Positions 8,464 to 16,612 of a DNA stretch of 64,000 nucleotides are shown here, one piece after another. The first letter of the stretch is position 1, and each line of letters starts with the position of its first letter. Both the position numbers and the translations under genes were made by a program. The notes under the pieces were generated by a model. The model was not told where the DNA came from and searched no databases. It was given only the letters and a program-made list of their open reading frames with translations. This stretch comes from a phage, in sequence record PZ151149.1; one strand, written 5' to 3'.

Positions 8464-8492
8464 ATTATGCTATAGGCGGGGTCTGGTGTCAA
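8464..8492 (-). promoter_or_regulatory. early promoter-leader module copy 4 (TTGACA-N17-CATAAT)
   Basis: Consensus hexamers plus leader ACACCCATCGAAACGAAACACAC. Confidence 0.6.
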
Positions 8493-8520
8493 CAACTTTT
8501 TTCAAAAAAATTTAGGCAAT

Positions 8521-8548
8521 AAAAAAGCCACTCCGAAGAGTGGCTTAT
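8521..8548 (-). terminator. rho-independent terminator
   Basis: Hairpin AGCCACTC-TTCG-GAGTGGCT then TTTTTT on minus strand. Confidence 0.65.
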
Positions 8549-8695
8549 AGGGGAAGGTAGCGAATCTTCCTTGTCTCCAACCTGCTAGCGGCCTAGCAAG
8601 TGAATGCTTTAGCGTACCGGATCACCCCATACGCTGCAATAAATGCGGCTAGGTGACGTCCAAATCATTCTAACCGCGCTGTCTTTAGTTCACTA

Positions 8696-8914
8696 TTATT
8701 TATATCGCTTTCTCTCGCGACGTTTTTGATCTTCTTCCTTGATAGAGTTAAATGCATCAAAAAGACACATGACACTGATCAGGAACATAACCGTATTTTC
8801 TACGATATCCCACGGCTTCGCATCAGTACAGATCCCCCAAACGGTAAGAAATGCAAATAGTGCAGAAGAGATCACAAGCATGATACTTGCTAAGATATAA
8901 AAAGTCATCTTCAT
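8696..8914 (-). CDS. small membrane protein (72 aa)
   Basis: ORF, hydrophobic with basic C-terminus. Confidence 0.4.
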   Translation of the reverse strand: MKMTFYILASIMLVISSALFAFLTVWGICTDAKPWDIVENTVMFLISVMCLFDAFNSIKEEDQKRRERKRYK

Positions 8915-9093
8915 GGTTTTACCTCAATTCTTCGATATTCATCACACATCCACGCAGTAAGCAAGAATCCCAACACATAAGCAACAAAATACGTTAATGC
9001 TTCTTCTGGTTCCGTGCTATGTGTCATCAGTAAACCAGCGAGAACAGTCTTAATAATTACATTTAAAATAATTAGCCACGCAAATAGTTTCAT
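8911..9093 (-). CDS. small membrane protein (60 aa)
   Basis: ORF, hydrophobic. Confidence 0.4.
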   Translation of the reverse strand: MKLFAWLIILNVIIKTVLAGLLMTHSTEPEEALTYFVAYVLGFLLTAWMCDEYRRIEVKP

Positions 9094-9329
9094 CGTTTGC
9101 CCAATTTCGGCCGAGTCTTTTCAAACTTATACATTCCGTAACAATCTCGAATCATCCACGTAACAAGAGCACCAGTCAACACCGACAACACACAGAAGAA
9201 GTAAAACGGTCCGGTTGCATTATCAACATGAGCAAGCCATGTAAAGAAAACACATGCTAAGAATGTAAAGAACATCATAAAGCACAAGAAAGCGAAATAT
9301 TTTATACTACTCATAGAGCCACCATACAA
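9090..9329 (-). CDS. small membrane protein (79 aa)
   Basis: ORF, hydrophobic. Confidence 0.4.
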   Translation of the reverse strand: MYGGSMSSIKYFAFLCFMMFFTFLACVFFTWLAHVDNATGPFYFFCVLSVLTGALVTWMIRDCYGMYKFEKTRPKLGKR

Positions 9330-9417
9330 CAGATCATAAGAAAACCCAACGCAATAAGAATTGCATCAAATTTAGTGAACTCAGGTCCACCTATCAACAT
9401 CATTCGTTCCTGTTCAG

Positions 9418-9615
9418 TCATAGATCACAGATCCATCTAACAACACCACATACAGCGATCAGGAGTGTAGGACCACTTGAGAAGAAAACCAATGTACAAA
9501 AATCATCTAGTGTAATACCGGAATAACTACCGACTGCAATCACACCGATGATCAGACACAGAAAGAAAACAAATGCAATCAGAAACAAAGTATTACTAAA
9601 CAGTTTAGTGATCAT
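9418..9615 (-). CDS. small membrane protein (65 aa from ATG at 9615)
   Basis: ORF, hydrophobic. Confidence 0.4.
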   Translation of the reverse strand: MITKLFSNTLFLIAFVFFLCLIIGVIAVGSYSGITLDDFCTLVFFSSGPTLLIAVCGVVRWICDL

Positions 9616-9808
9616 TAGACACCCCACGACGGTCAATTTCAAAAACTTTCTTATCACCAACGAAGCATGTCACAACTGCCTCGTTGACTTCCGCAAATTG
9701 TTGTGTTACCCACTTAAGGTCAGATCGAAACAATGTTTTGTTAATAACAAATGTTTTACCGATCTTATCCTTACCCATAAATTTTGCGTTAACCATATCC
9801 AATTCCAT
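9605..9808 (-). CDS. hypothetical protein (67 aa)
   Basis: ORF. Confidence 0.4.
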   Translation of the reverse strand: MELDMVNAKFMGKDKIGKTFVINKTLFRSDLKWVTQQFAEVNEAVVTCFVGDKKVFEIDRRGVSNDH

Positions 9809-9817
9809 ATTATAGCC

Positions 9818-9976
9818 TTATTTGCTAATCGCTAAACCTAATCCGAAGAGAGCACCCGACGCTACAGTATACCCGAAAGTTTCAAATGCAGTAAAGATAT
9901 CTAAGCCACCAGCTAACAGAGTTGCAGTAAACAGAGTACCAGCTACGAACATAAAAGTTTTACCGATAAATTTCAT
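9818..9976 (-). CDS. small membrane protein (52 aa)
   Basis: Minus-strand ORF MKFIGKTFMFVAGTLF... with GGAG RBS and promoter-leader module; below track size cutoff. Confidence 0.4.
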   Translation of the reverse strand: MKFIGKTFMFVAGTLFTATLLAGGLDIFTAFETFGYTVASGALFGLGLAISK

Positions 9977-10007
9977 CTTGATTCTCCTTTCGTTTGTTTG
10001 TGGGGGT

Positions 10008-10036
10008 ATCTTACTACCCCCGTTTCATGTTGTCAA
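10008..10036 (-). promoter_or_regulatory. early promoter-leader module copy 5 (TTGACA-N17-TAAGAT)
   Basis: Consensus hexamers plus leader ACCCCCACAAACAAACGAAAGGAG. Confidence 0.55.
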
Positions 10037-10042
10037 CTGTTT

Positions 10043-10420
10043 TTAAGAAAATTTTACTTCGTCTACAATGTCTTTCATGACATTGATTTCCATTCCGGTC
10101 AGAACACGTTGGAACATGTGCTGCACATACGCTTTCAGGTATTCATTTGATGGCTTACTATCGAAAGTCTTTTTAGTGTAGTAGTCATCACCGAAAGCTA
10201 CTGTAATTACATTTTCGTCGTCGTTCCAAGCGATATAAGCAAATTTGCCGTTATCCCAGAAGCGAGCACTAATTGCTACTTTTGTTGAATCGAATCCTAC
10301 TTCGCTGTGAGATTCAAGAACTACTTGCGTACCAGTTTCTTTATGAATGTAGTAGCGGGATACTAAGTCAAAGTTACGGGTGTAGTGACATTCGAATTTA
10401 TCTTTAAACATCATCATCAT
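10043..10420 (-). CDS. hypothetical protein (125 aa)
   Basis: ORF from ATG at 10420 with GGAG RBS downstream of promoter module; track ORF start lies inside the promoter. Confidence 0.5.
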   Translation of the reverse strand: MMMMFKDKFECHYTRNFDLVSRYYIHKETGTQVVLESHSEVGFDSTKVAISARFWDNGKFAYIAWNDDENVITVAFGDDYYTKKTFDSKPSNEYLKAYVQHMFQRVLTGMEINVMKDIVDEVKFS

Positions 10421-10457
10421 TTTGATTCTCCTAAGTGTGTTTCGTTTCGATATGTGC

Positions 10458-10486
10458 ATTATGCTATAGTCGTTTATGGTTGTCAA
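10458..10486 (-). promoter_or_regulatory. early promoter-leader module copy 6 (TTGACA-N17-CATAAT)
   Basis: Consensus hexamers plus leader ATCGAAACGAAACACAC. Confidence 0.6.
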
Positions 10487-10488
10487 CA

Positions 10489-10521
10489 ACTAAAAACAAA
10501 AAACCCCGAAAAATTTTCGGG
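10489..10521 (-). terminator. rho-independent terminator after the 57B-position gene
   Basis: Hairpin CCCCGAAAA-TTTTCGGGG followed by TTTTTTGTTTTT on minus strand. Confidence 0.6.
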
Positions 10522-10529
10522 GTATAAAA

Positions 10530-10994
10530 TTACAGTTTGGTCGTCCACTCCAGGTCTAGATCTTCGACATACTCATGAGATCGGACAATCTCTAAATCGA
10601 ACTCTAGGTCAGTGCCAAATTTACGCGCACCAACATCATAAGAAAGCGTGATATGCGGTACATATTCAGGATAATCCCACGTCGCACCTAAAGCAGTGCC
10701 GATATCGTGTCTGAATTGCATGTAGTCGCTTTCAAATGCCAACACAAGTGCATTAGTACCGGATTGAGTTTCAAACACTTTCAAATGGCATAGAGAGCCT
10801 AAGAACTTCTCCCCTTCTTCTGGGATAAACGGAACATAAACACGAGAATATAAGATAGTGCTATGCAGTTTATCACGAGTAACGGCATTAGGCAGATCGT
10901 AGAACTCCTGCAATTTTTCAATGCGGTCTAGTGTATCCTCAGTGAATTTAACCGCCGCATATGTACCTTTAACGGATTCTCGAAACGGGGTCAT
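10530..10994 (-). CDS. hypothetical protein at the T4 gene 57B position (154 aa)
   Basis: ORF with GGAGG RBS; position immediately downstream of 57A as in T4; sequence identity to 57B not verified. Confidence 0.5.
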   Translation of the reverse strand: MTPFRESVKGTYAAVKFTEDTLDRIEKLQEFYDLPNAVTRDKLHSTILYSRVYVPFIPEEGEKFLGSLCHLKVFETQSGTNALVLAFESDYMQFRHDIGTALGATWDYPEYVPHITLSYDVGARKFGTDLEFDLEIVRSHEYVEDLDLEWTTKL

Positions 10995-10996
10995 AA

Positions 10997-11257
10997 TCAA
11001 GCCTCCGTGATCAGTTCTACTTCCTCTTTAGCGTCTTCTGCTGCTTCGTCTTTAGGGAGAAGTTCTTTTACTTCTTCGACAATAGCATCAAGGGAAACAG
11101 TGCCATTTTCATCTGGCTGAATACCCAGAATGCGTACCAGTTCCATCAAGACACGCTCACGATCTTTCAGTTGGCCTTCTAAGAATGCGGCTTTTTCTTG
11201 AGTGTCGAACAGACGTACTTTCAGGACATTAATCATTTGTTCATGCTGATTGGACAT
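10997..11257 (-). CDS. 57A: tail fiber assembly chaperone gp57A
   Basis: Size and pattern (..DTQ..AA.L...GI..D....EEIVE.VK.L) match remembered T4 gp57A; synteny next to gene 1. Confidence 0.7.
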   Translation of the reverse strand: MSNQHEQMINVLKVRLFDTQEKAAFLEGQLKDRERVLMELVRILGIQPDENGTVSLDAIVEEVKELLPKDEAAEDAKEEVELITEA

Positions 11258-11289
11258 ATTCACATCTCCTACTTGTTGATAACTTTTTA

Positions 11290-11946
11290 TTAAATGTTCG
11301 CGAGAATCGCGCTTTCAAATTCTTCTAATGTACCATTATTTATGATAATGGTTTCACCGTCAATAGGCAAAATTCCTTTTTCGGTGGAGTGAGTCGATAC
11401 AATACCGGTATCACGCTGAATATGCAACACCTTAGCACGCATAGCACGCATGAGAGCAATTTCAATAGGCTGACGCACATCAACTACTACAAAATACCCT
11501 TCTTCACTTTTGCGCTTCATAAACTCATTCACGAAGAGATTACACCAATAAAGCGGATTAATCAAGTTAACCATTATCTCAGTACCGAGAGTGGTTAACA
11601 TAAGACGAATAGACCAGACGTTATTATGTTTTTCGCCGATCTCATTAACGACCTTGTAAATCTCAGCCAGACTATCACAAGTAAAGGAACTACCGCCATA
11701 CTTCGAATCTAGCATAAGCAGACACTGAATAAACCACTTATGCGCGGTATAGGTATCAATACCTAGATCGGCTTCTCTGTCACGCCCCAACCCGTCAAAG
11801 TCAAGATAAGTCAGACCTAAGTCTGGTTGGCATTCGCATAAGATTTCTTTGATCGGTGCTGCCAGTTGATAACTGTGTCCATCAATGATTAACGCGGCAG
11901 TGTCTTTTCCTACGCGCTTTTTACCACAAAGTGCAATCAATTTCAT
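11290..11946 (-). CDS. 1: deoxynucleoside monophosphate kinase gp1
   Basis: N-terminus MKLIALCGKKRVGKDT matches T4 gp1 MKLIFLSGVKRSGKDT P-loop; synteny. Confidence 0.9.
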   Translation of the reverse strand: MKLIALCGKKRVGKDTAALIIDGHSYQLAAPIKEILCECQPDLGLTYLDFDGLGRDREADLGIDTYTAHKWFIQCLLMLDSKYGGSSFTCDSLAEIYKVVNEIGEKHNNVWSIRLMLTTLGTEIMVNLINPLYWCNLFVNEFMKRKSEEGYFVVVDVRQPIEIALMRAMRAKVLHIQRDTGIVSTHSTEKGILPIDGETIIINNGTLEEFESAILANI

Positions 11947-11961
11947 AATATAAGCCTCTTG

Positions 11962-12552
11962 TTACTTTCTAAATGCAGGGTGCATAGCTTTAATACCTTC
12001 CACTCGCTGACGATCCGCCGCCTGAATTGCTGGGCGAGGAACGATCAGTTGACCATCACGTTCAATGCTCATTGTTTTAAATGGAAGAATTGCAGTACAC
12101 ACCAGAGATTCATGCATGTCATCGGTGTATGTTAACTCAAGTTCCCCCAATTGTGAACACCAACAACCATAAAAGTTAAAGGTGCATACAATGTTACGGC
12201 GTTCATTGTCCAGCATGTGAACTTGAACGGCTTCCGGCATTGAATCCTTCCACGCGGTGGAGTTACCGTTATTGTAGTCTACTATAGAAAGCATCCATGT
12301 GTAAAGGTTTAGATAGCTTTCCAAATGCTCATCGACAATAAACCGGACTACCAACGGGTCAAACTCTACATGACTGGAAGGATAATCAGCGACCGCCAAA
12401 CCATATTGACCAGCAACTTGTTTAGTCGGTGGAATGGTTATAGCCGGAAGTGTAACACCTTGACAGTTTAAAGTAAAGCCTTTTGTTAGTTGACCATCTG
12501 GAATGGCAATCTGCCAGTTGCTAGGGTTAGCATAGTTAAAGAGATTGGACAT
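11962..12552 (-). CDS. 3: tail completion / sheath stabilizer protein gp3-like
   Basis: Position between genes 1 and 2 as in T4; size close to gp3; identity not checked residue by residue. Confidence 0.6.
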   Translation of the reverse strand: MSNLFNYANPSNWQIAIPDGQLTKGFTLNCQGVTLPAITIPPTKQVAGQYGLAVADYPSSHVEFDPLVVRFIVDEHLESYLNLYTWMLSIVDYNNGNSTAWKDSMPEAVQVHMLDNERRNIVCTFNFYGCWCSQLGELELTYTDDMHESLVCTAILPFKTMSIERDGQLIVPRPAIQAADRQRVEGIKAMHPAFRK

Positions 12553-12582
12553 TACGATTCCTTAAATGAAAATATTTATCAA

Positions 12583-13116
12583 CTAAAAATTTAAACTAGC
12601 ATAATCTCCAAAATGTTCCTTTGCTGCTTCGTCATAAGCCTTTGCAGCATCAACTTCGTCAAGAAAGACGCCCAAATGGACCTTTCTACGATTGATTGAT
12701 ATCTGAGCACACCATTTGTTATTCTGTGTTCTAATCACTCCTTTATACTTACTCTTACAACCATCAAGTTTTCCGCGATTGAATGCATTTTCCTGAGAAG
12801 TGGATTCTCTCAAGTTATCCGGTGCATTATTTTCTCGGTTTCTATCTATATGGTCGATCATTTTAACTTGCGTACCATGTTCAAGATACCAAACAACCCT
12901 ATGAACTTTAATGACCAAAGAATAGCCATCACTGCGCCAAAACTTAAAACATAGATAACCTCGACTATTTTTATAAACTTTAACCGGGTCTCCTGCCTTA
13001 TACCATCGACCATTCTTTCCACTATCTTTCAAATGGTACAATATACCATTAACGTGTTTATACTTATCTCTAATTTCTTTTTGTGTAAAATCATCCCACA
13101 TCTTAAACCCAGACAT
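12583..13116 (-). CDS. HNH homing endonuclease with C-terminal AP2 DNA-binding domain
   Basis: HNH motif IDHIDRNRENNAPDNLRESTSQENAFN; AP2-like YKGVIRTQNNKWCAQISINRRKVHLGVFLDEVDAAKAYDEAA; inserted between genes 3 and 2. Confidence 0.7.
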   Translation of the reverse strand: MSGFKMWDDFTQKEIRDKYKHVNGILYHLKDSGKNGRWYKAGDPVKVYKNSRGYLCFKFWRSDGYSLVIKVHRVVWYLEHGTQVKMIDHIDRNRENNAPDNLRESTSQENAFNRGKLDGCKSKYKGVIRTQNNKWCAQISINRRKVHLGVFLDEVDAAKAYDEAAKEHFGDYASLNF

Positions 13117-13152
13117 ACATTTTCTCCTGATAATATTATTAATAACAACATC

Positions 13153-13182
13153 AATCTAACATATCTAGTATATAATGTCAAT
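13153..13182 (-). promoter_or_regulatory. possible sigma70-like promoter (TTGACA-N18-TAGATT) for the AP2-HNH gene
   Basis: Hexamers on minus strand; 18-nt spacer. Confidence 0.35.
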
Positions 13183-13232
13183 TGTCGCTTTGCGACGTGC
13201 CGTAGGCACTGACTACTTTTTAACCGAAACAA

Positions 13233-13267
13233 ATTTTCTATATTCTAAAGATCTTTCTTCGTTTTGG
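13233..13267. repeat. intergenic repeat copy A (ATTTTCTATATTCTAAAGATCTTTCTTCGTTTTGG)
   Basis: About 33 of 35 nt identical to 50186..50220; contains palindrome AAAGATCTTT. Confidence 0.6.
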
Positions 13268-13336
13268 TTATGTTTTAACCAATAACTATATTTTTATACA
13301 GTAATAAATAAAACTGGTACTATACGAGGACTTCTT

Positions 13337-13591
13337 ATGACAGAAGACATTTTGTTAAAACTCTATGATCGTTTGGATAACGAATTAGCAACATTGCGGG
13401 GTGAAGTTCTCTATTTGTCTAAATGCAATACAGATCTGATTAAGCAGATTGCCGAAAGGGATGACCAAATAAAATCCCTTTCAGGCGCATTACGTGATCG
13501 CGACAAGGCATTAGAGATTTTACAGCGTGTAACCAATAAAGAAGAGTTGAAAGACTTTCTACATGGTTATGCTCACGCCATCGATCTATAA
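13337..13591 (+). CDS. hypothetical coiled-coil protein (84 aa)
   Basis: ORF with GAGGA RBS; heptad-like charged sequence; followed by strong terminator. Confidence 0.5.
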   Translation: MTEDILLKLYDRLDNELATLRGEVLYLSKCNTDLIKQIAERDDQIKSLSGALRDRDKALEILQRVTNKEELKDFLHGYAHAIDL

Positions 13592-13592
13592 T

Positions 13593-13622
13593 AAAAAGCC
13601 CGTCAATGACGGGCTTAATTTT
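13593..13622. terminator. bidirectional rho-independent terminator
   Basis: Hairpin AGCCCGTC-AATG-ACGGGCT flanked by A-run and T-rich run; convergent genes on both sides. Confidence 0.6.
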
Positions 13623-14649
13623 AATATGTATCAGCTAATTTAATTATGTTATCAAGTTCCGTGATTGGTAAAGTTTCTGTGTATCCATCTTTCAACATGG
13701 ATTTATCAACAACGCCACAATGATAAGTTCTCTTTATTTCCTTTTCAAGTTCCCACGGAATCCAGCCATCAACACTTTGTTTGACGTAAACAAGTTTGTG
13801 AACAAACTTAGATTTCTGCATATGTTGTTTCATTCTGGTTTCCGGTAATTCATTGGTTACACCAAACTTTATAAATTTATCATCTAACGTCTGGATATAA
13901 AAATATCCCATCTCAGATGGACGATAGCCAGAAGAACTACATTTCGGACACCCTTTAGCATTTCTGTTGAACGTACAATATCTTACAGAAAATTCGGCGT
14001 CATGTTTTGTACATTTAAGTTTTATCCATGAATTTGCAGTACCTATCCATTCACCATCGACACCTATATATTCATACCCTAACTTTTTACATTTATCTTC
14101 TATTCTAGATAGTGCATCTTCCACGGGAACGACATATTCCGTCTTAAATTGTTCAGCCGCACATTTCTTACAACCACATGTACCATGATTTTTAAAATCA
14201 AAGAACTTTGTATTCTTCCAAATATGGTCATGTTTCTTGCATCTAAGAATCATCTTAGTAATTTGTGATTTCCAGCCACCAACAAATCCCAAAAATTCAT
14301 AATCAAGATCTTTACATTTTTCTTCAATGAATTTGGTTGCTTCATCTTCTGTCATAACTCCCCTACATTGAGGGCAACCAACAATAACCTTTTTAGCATA
14401 GAAACTATTACTGGAAACATCATAGACAGTTCCATGCTTATTGCATTGGATAACAGATCTAGTCAATTTTCCTTTCCATTCTCCAGTAAATCCTAAGAAT
14501 GTATGGTCGACAAGTTTACATCTTTCAATAACTTTATCTGCAAACTCTCTAGGAGATTTTGTTACCTTGTTTACTCTGTATTCTATTTCTTCCGGTTGAC
14601 GAAGATCATAAACGTGGGGATTTCTCCCCACGGAATTAATATTAAGCAT
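13621..14649 (-). CDS. putative endonuclease-like protein: three tandem Cys-containing repeats plus C-terminal GIY-YIG-like (T5orf172-like) motif
   Basis: Three roughly 85-aa repeats each with FLGF.GEWKG...C.KH...W...GC..C pattern; C-terminal GYFYIQ...KFGVT...R..H resembles a GIY-YIG core; ATG at 14649 just after gene 2 stop. Confidence 0.5.
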   Translation of the reverse strand: MLNINSVGRNPHVYDLRQPEEIEYRVNKVTKSPREFADKVIERCKLVDHTFLGFTGEWKGKLTRSVIQCNKHGTVYDVSSNSFYAKKVIVGCPQCRGVMTEDEATKFIEEKCKDLDYEFLGFVGGWKSQITKMILRCKKHDHIWKNTKFFDFKNHGTCGCKKCAAEQFKTEYVVPVEDALSRIEDKCKKLGYEYIGVDGEWIGTANSWIKLKCTKHDAEFSVRYCTFNRNAKGCPKCSSSGYRPSEMGYFYIQTLDDKFIKFGVTNELPETRMKQHMQKSKFVHKLVYVKQSVDGWIPWELEKEIKRTYHCGVVDKSMLKDGYTETLPITELDNIIKLADTY

Positions 14650-15463
14650 CTTTCCACACCTTCCTTGCATCATAGTTTTTACCTTTAGAAACAAATTTAT
14701 ATGTGTTAAGGTAGATAATATTGCTCCAGTCTTTCGGGCTAATCTCAACAAGTTTTGTTTTAATGTGTCCCGGTAGATATGCTTTGATCATGTGGTCACT
14801 ACCACGCATACCTTTTACATCACTCCATTTAATCTTCAAGCGTGTTTTATTGCTCAAGGTAGGAGTAGATGCATATTGCTTTAAAAGTGCTTCCAGAAAC
14901 TGCTGACGGGCTTTAGGCGTTACATAGTGTAAGTTAAGACCCAGCATTACAGTATTACCCGCCTTTGTCTTAGAATCACCCAGACAAATGATCAGCGGGA
15001 AAACATCCCAATATGGCAAAGTATCTTTATACTTCGCATCATACATAAAGGTATAGATTCGCCCTACTTGCGGTTTTACAATCTGGTGTCCCTTTATTCC
15101 AGCTTTTATTGTTTTAGTAAACCACTCCTGTGATTTTTCTTTAGGACGACTCTTTGATACAGCACGCATAGACGCACGAAAATCATTAATCATCATCATT
15201 GCGCGTTGCTGCTTATTGAGACCCTTTGCACCTTTCCCTTTTAGTTTTTCAACTTCTATTGCTGTTTTAATTTCGCTGGCATAACGAGACATACTTTTAG
15301 TGAAAGTCGCATAGGCTATTCCCTTAGAATCTGCAAATGCTTTAGCTGTCATTCCTTTGGCTTTTGCTTTCGCAAATTCTACACCCAATTCGACCCACTG
15401 TTTAGACTTTCGCTTTTGGGGAGACGGCTTTTCGTCTTCTGTGATTATTTCAAATACGCTCAT
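14642..15463 (-). CDS. 2: DNA end protector protein gp2
   Basis: 273 aa from ATG at 15463 (T4 gp2 is 274 aa); basic N-terminus; position between gene 3 side and gene 4 as in T4. Confidence 0.7.
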   Translation of the reverse strand: MSVFEIITEDEKPSPQKRKSKQWVELGVEFAKAKAKGMTAKAFADSKGIAYATFTKSMSRYASEIKTAIEVEKLKGKGAKGLNKQQRAMMMINDFRASMRAVSKSRPKEKSQEWFTKTIKAGIKGHQIVKPQVGRIYTFMYDAKYKDTLPYWDVFPLIICLGDSKTKAGNTVMLGLNLHYVTPKARQQFLEALLKQYASTPTLSNKTRLKIKWSDVKGMRGSDHMIKAYLPGHIKTKLVEISPKDWSNIIYLNTYKFVSKGKNYDARKVWKDA

Positions 15464-15497
15464 AATATTGTCCTCTATGTTTATGTTTGTTACACAC

Positions 15498-15526
15498 TTG
15501 ACAATCCTCTTTGCTATTGCTAAAAT
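15498..15526 (+). promoter_or_regulatory. sigma70-like promoter (TTGACA-N17-TAAAAT) for the HNH-NUMOD3 gene
   Basis: Hexamers with 17-nt spacer about 65 nt upstream of ATG. Confidence 0.5.
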
Positions 15527-15589
15527 GCAGACGAAAATAAACAGCGATACTTGTTGATAAATATCATTATAACACAGGAGGAACATTAG

Positions 15590-16612
15590 ATGCAAGATAT
15601 TAAGAACAAAATTTTGATGCAGTTTCCGAATGCAGATATCAAGTATTTAGAAAAGTATCTAGAAATTTGTGCAAACCCAGATAAGGATGGGGAATTAGAG
15701 AGGCATCATATTCTACCAAAATCAATTTGGAAGGAATATGAAGACCTTAAAATTCATGATTTTAATGCTGTTCACTTGAACACCGTTCGTCATATGATGG
15801 CACACTACTATTTCAGTAAAGCAACAAATTCCATTTGGAAGTCTGTTGTTATGATGTTTAATACCAGAATTGATATTATGAAGGAATTGCCAGAAGATAT
15901 TGTGTTGAAACTTGCTGGTATATCAGAAGAGGCAAAGCGAAAACATGTATACACGGAAGAATCTAGACTGAAAATGTCGGAATCACAAAAACGTTTCATG
16001 GCTTCTCTTGATGAAGAAGAATTAAAACGTCGCCATAAGAAAAGAACTGATTCCGTTAAAGAACATTTTAGAAACTTGAGCGATGAAGAACGAGAAAGAA
16101 AGTATAAAGAACGTGGCAAGAAAATATCAAAGGCGTTAAGTAATAGATCAGAGGAAAAACTTAAATTACGAAGAGAAAGGCTTCTACAAACTATAAACTC
16201 AAAGTCAGACGAAGAAAAACAAAGAATCGCCAAACTACTTTCAGATTCACAAAAACCGAAAGAAACATGGGGAAAATTTGATGAGTTATATGCATTATGG
16301 ATTGATCTGAATATGCCGGGTCAATATGTATTCAAGCGCGAGGCCATTAAACGTGGATACCCAGATAGGTCATATGATTACATCGTTAAAGAAATGAAAA
16401 ATAAGTACATAAAGGAGAATGGAAACGACATAATAAAATTAAATCCCAGAAAAAATTCTGGTGTCTGGGTATATTATGACGAAATATATAAGCTGTGGAA
16501 AGAAAATGGTATGCCTAGCGATAGAAAAACAAGAAAAATAGCGGTCGAGAATGGTTATCCCGACCAATGCTATCAAACTATAGTAAAAGACTTTAAGAAC
16601 TCACTTATTTAA
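15590..16612 (+). CDS. HNH homing endonuclease with NUMOD3-like repeats
   Basis: HNH motif ERHHILPKS...N.V.L....H..H; several S/T-EE-x-[RK]-x-K-x-S repeats resembling NUMOD3; opposite strand to flanking genes 2 and 4; own sigma70-like promoter and AGGAGG RBS. Confidence 0.7.
   Translation: MQDIKNKILMQFPNADIKYLEKYLEICANPDKDGELERHHILPKSIWKEYEDLKIHDFNAVHLNTVRHMMAHYYFSKATNSIWKSVVMMFNTRIDIMKELPEDIVLKLAGISEEAKRKHVYTEESRLKMSESQKRFMASLDEEELKRRHKKRTDSVKEHFRNLSDEERERKYKERGKKISKALSNRSEEKLKLRRERLLQTINSKSDEEKQRIAKLLSDSQKPKETWGKFDELYALWIDLNMPGQYVFKREAIKRGYPDRSYDYIVKEMKNKYIKENGNDIIKLNPRKNSGVWVYYDEIYKLWKENGMPSDRKTRKIAVENGYPDQCYQTIVKDFKNSLI

Noticed and set aside
8549-8695. Possible tRNA gene in the noncoding gap
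   Set aside because: No acceptor stem with a 7-nt T-loop (TTCGA-type) or cloverleaf could be found by eye on either strand. Kept only as a candidate small RNA in the findings.
15808-16233. 141-aa minus-strand ORF inside the HNH-NUMOD3 gene
   Set aside because: Antisense to a gene with clear HNH and NUMOD3 motifs; Ser/Leu-rich low-complexity translation typical of a frame artefact.
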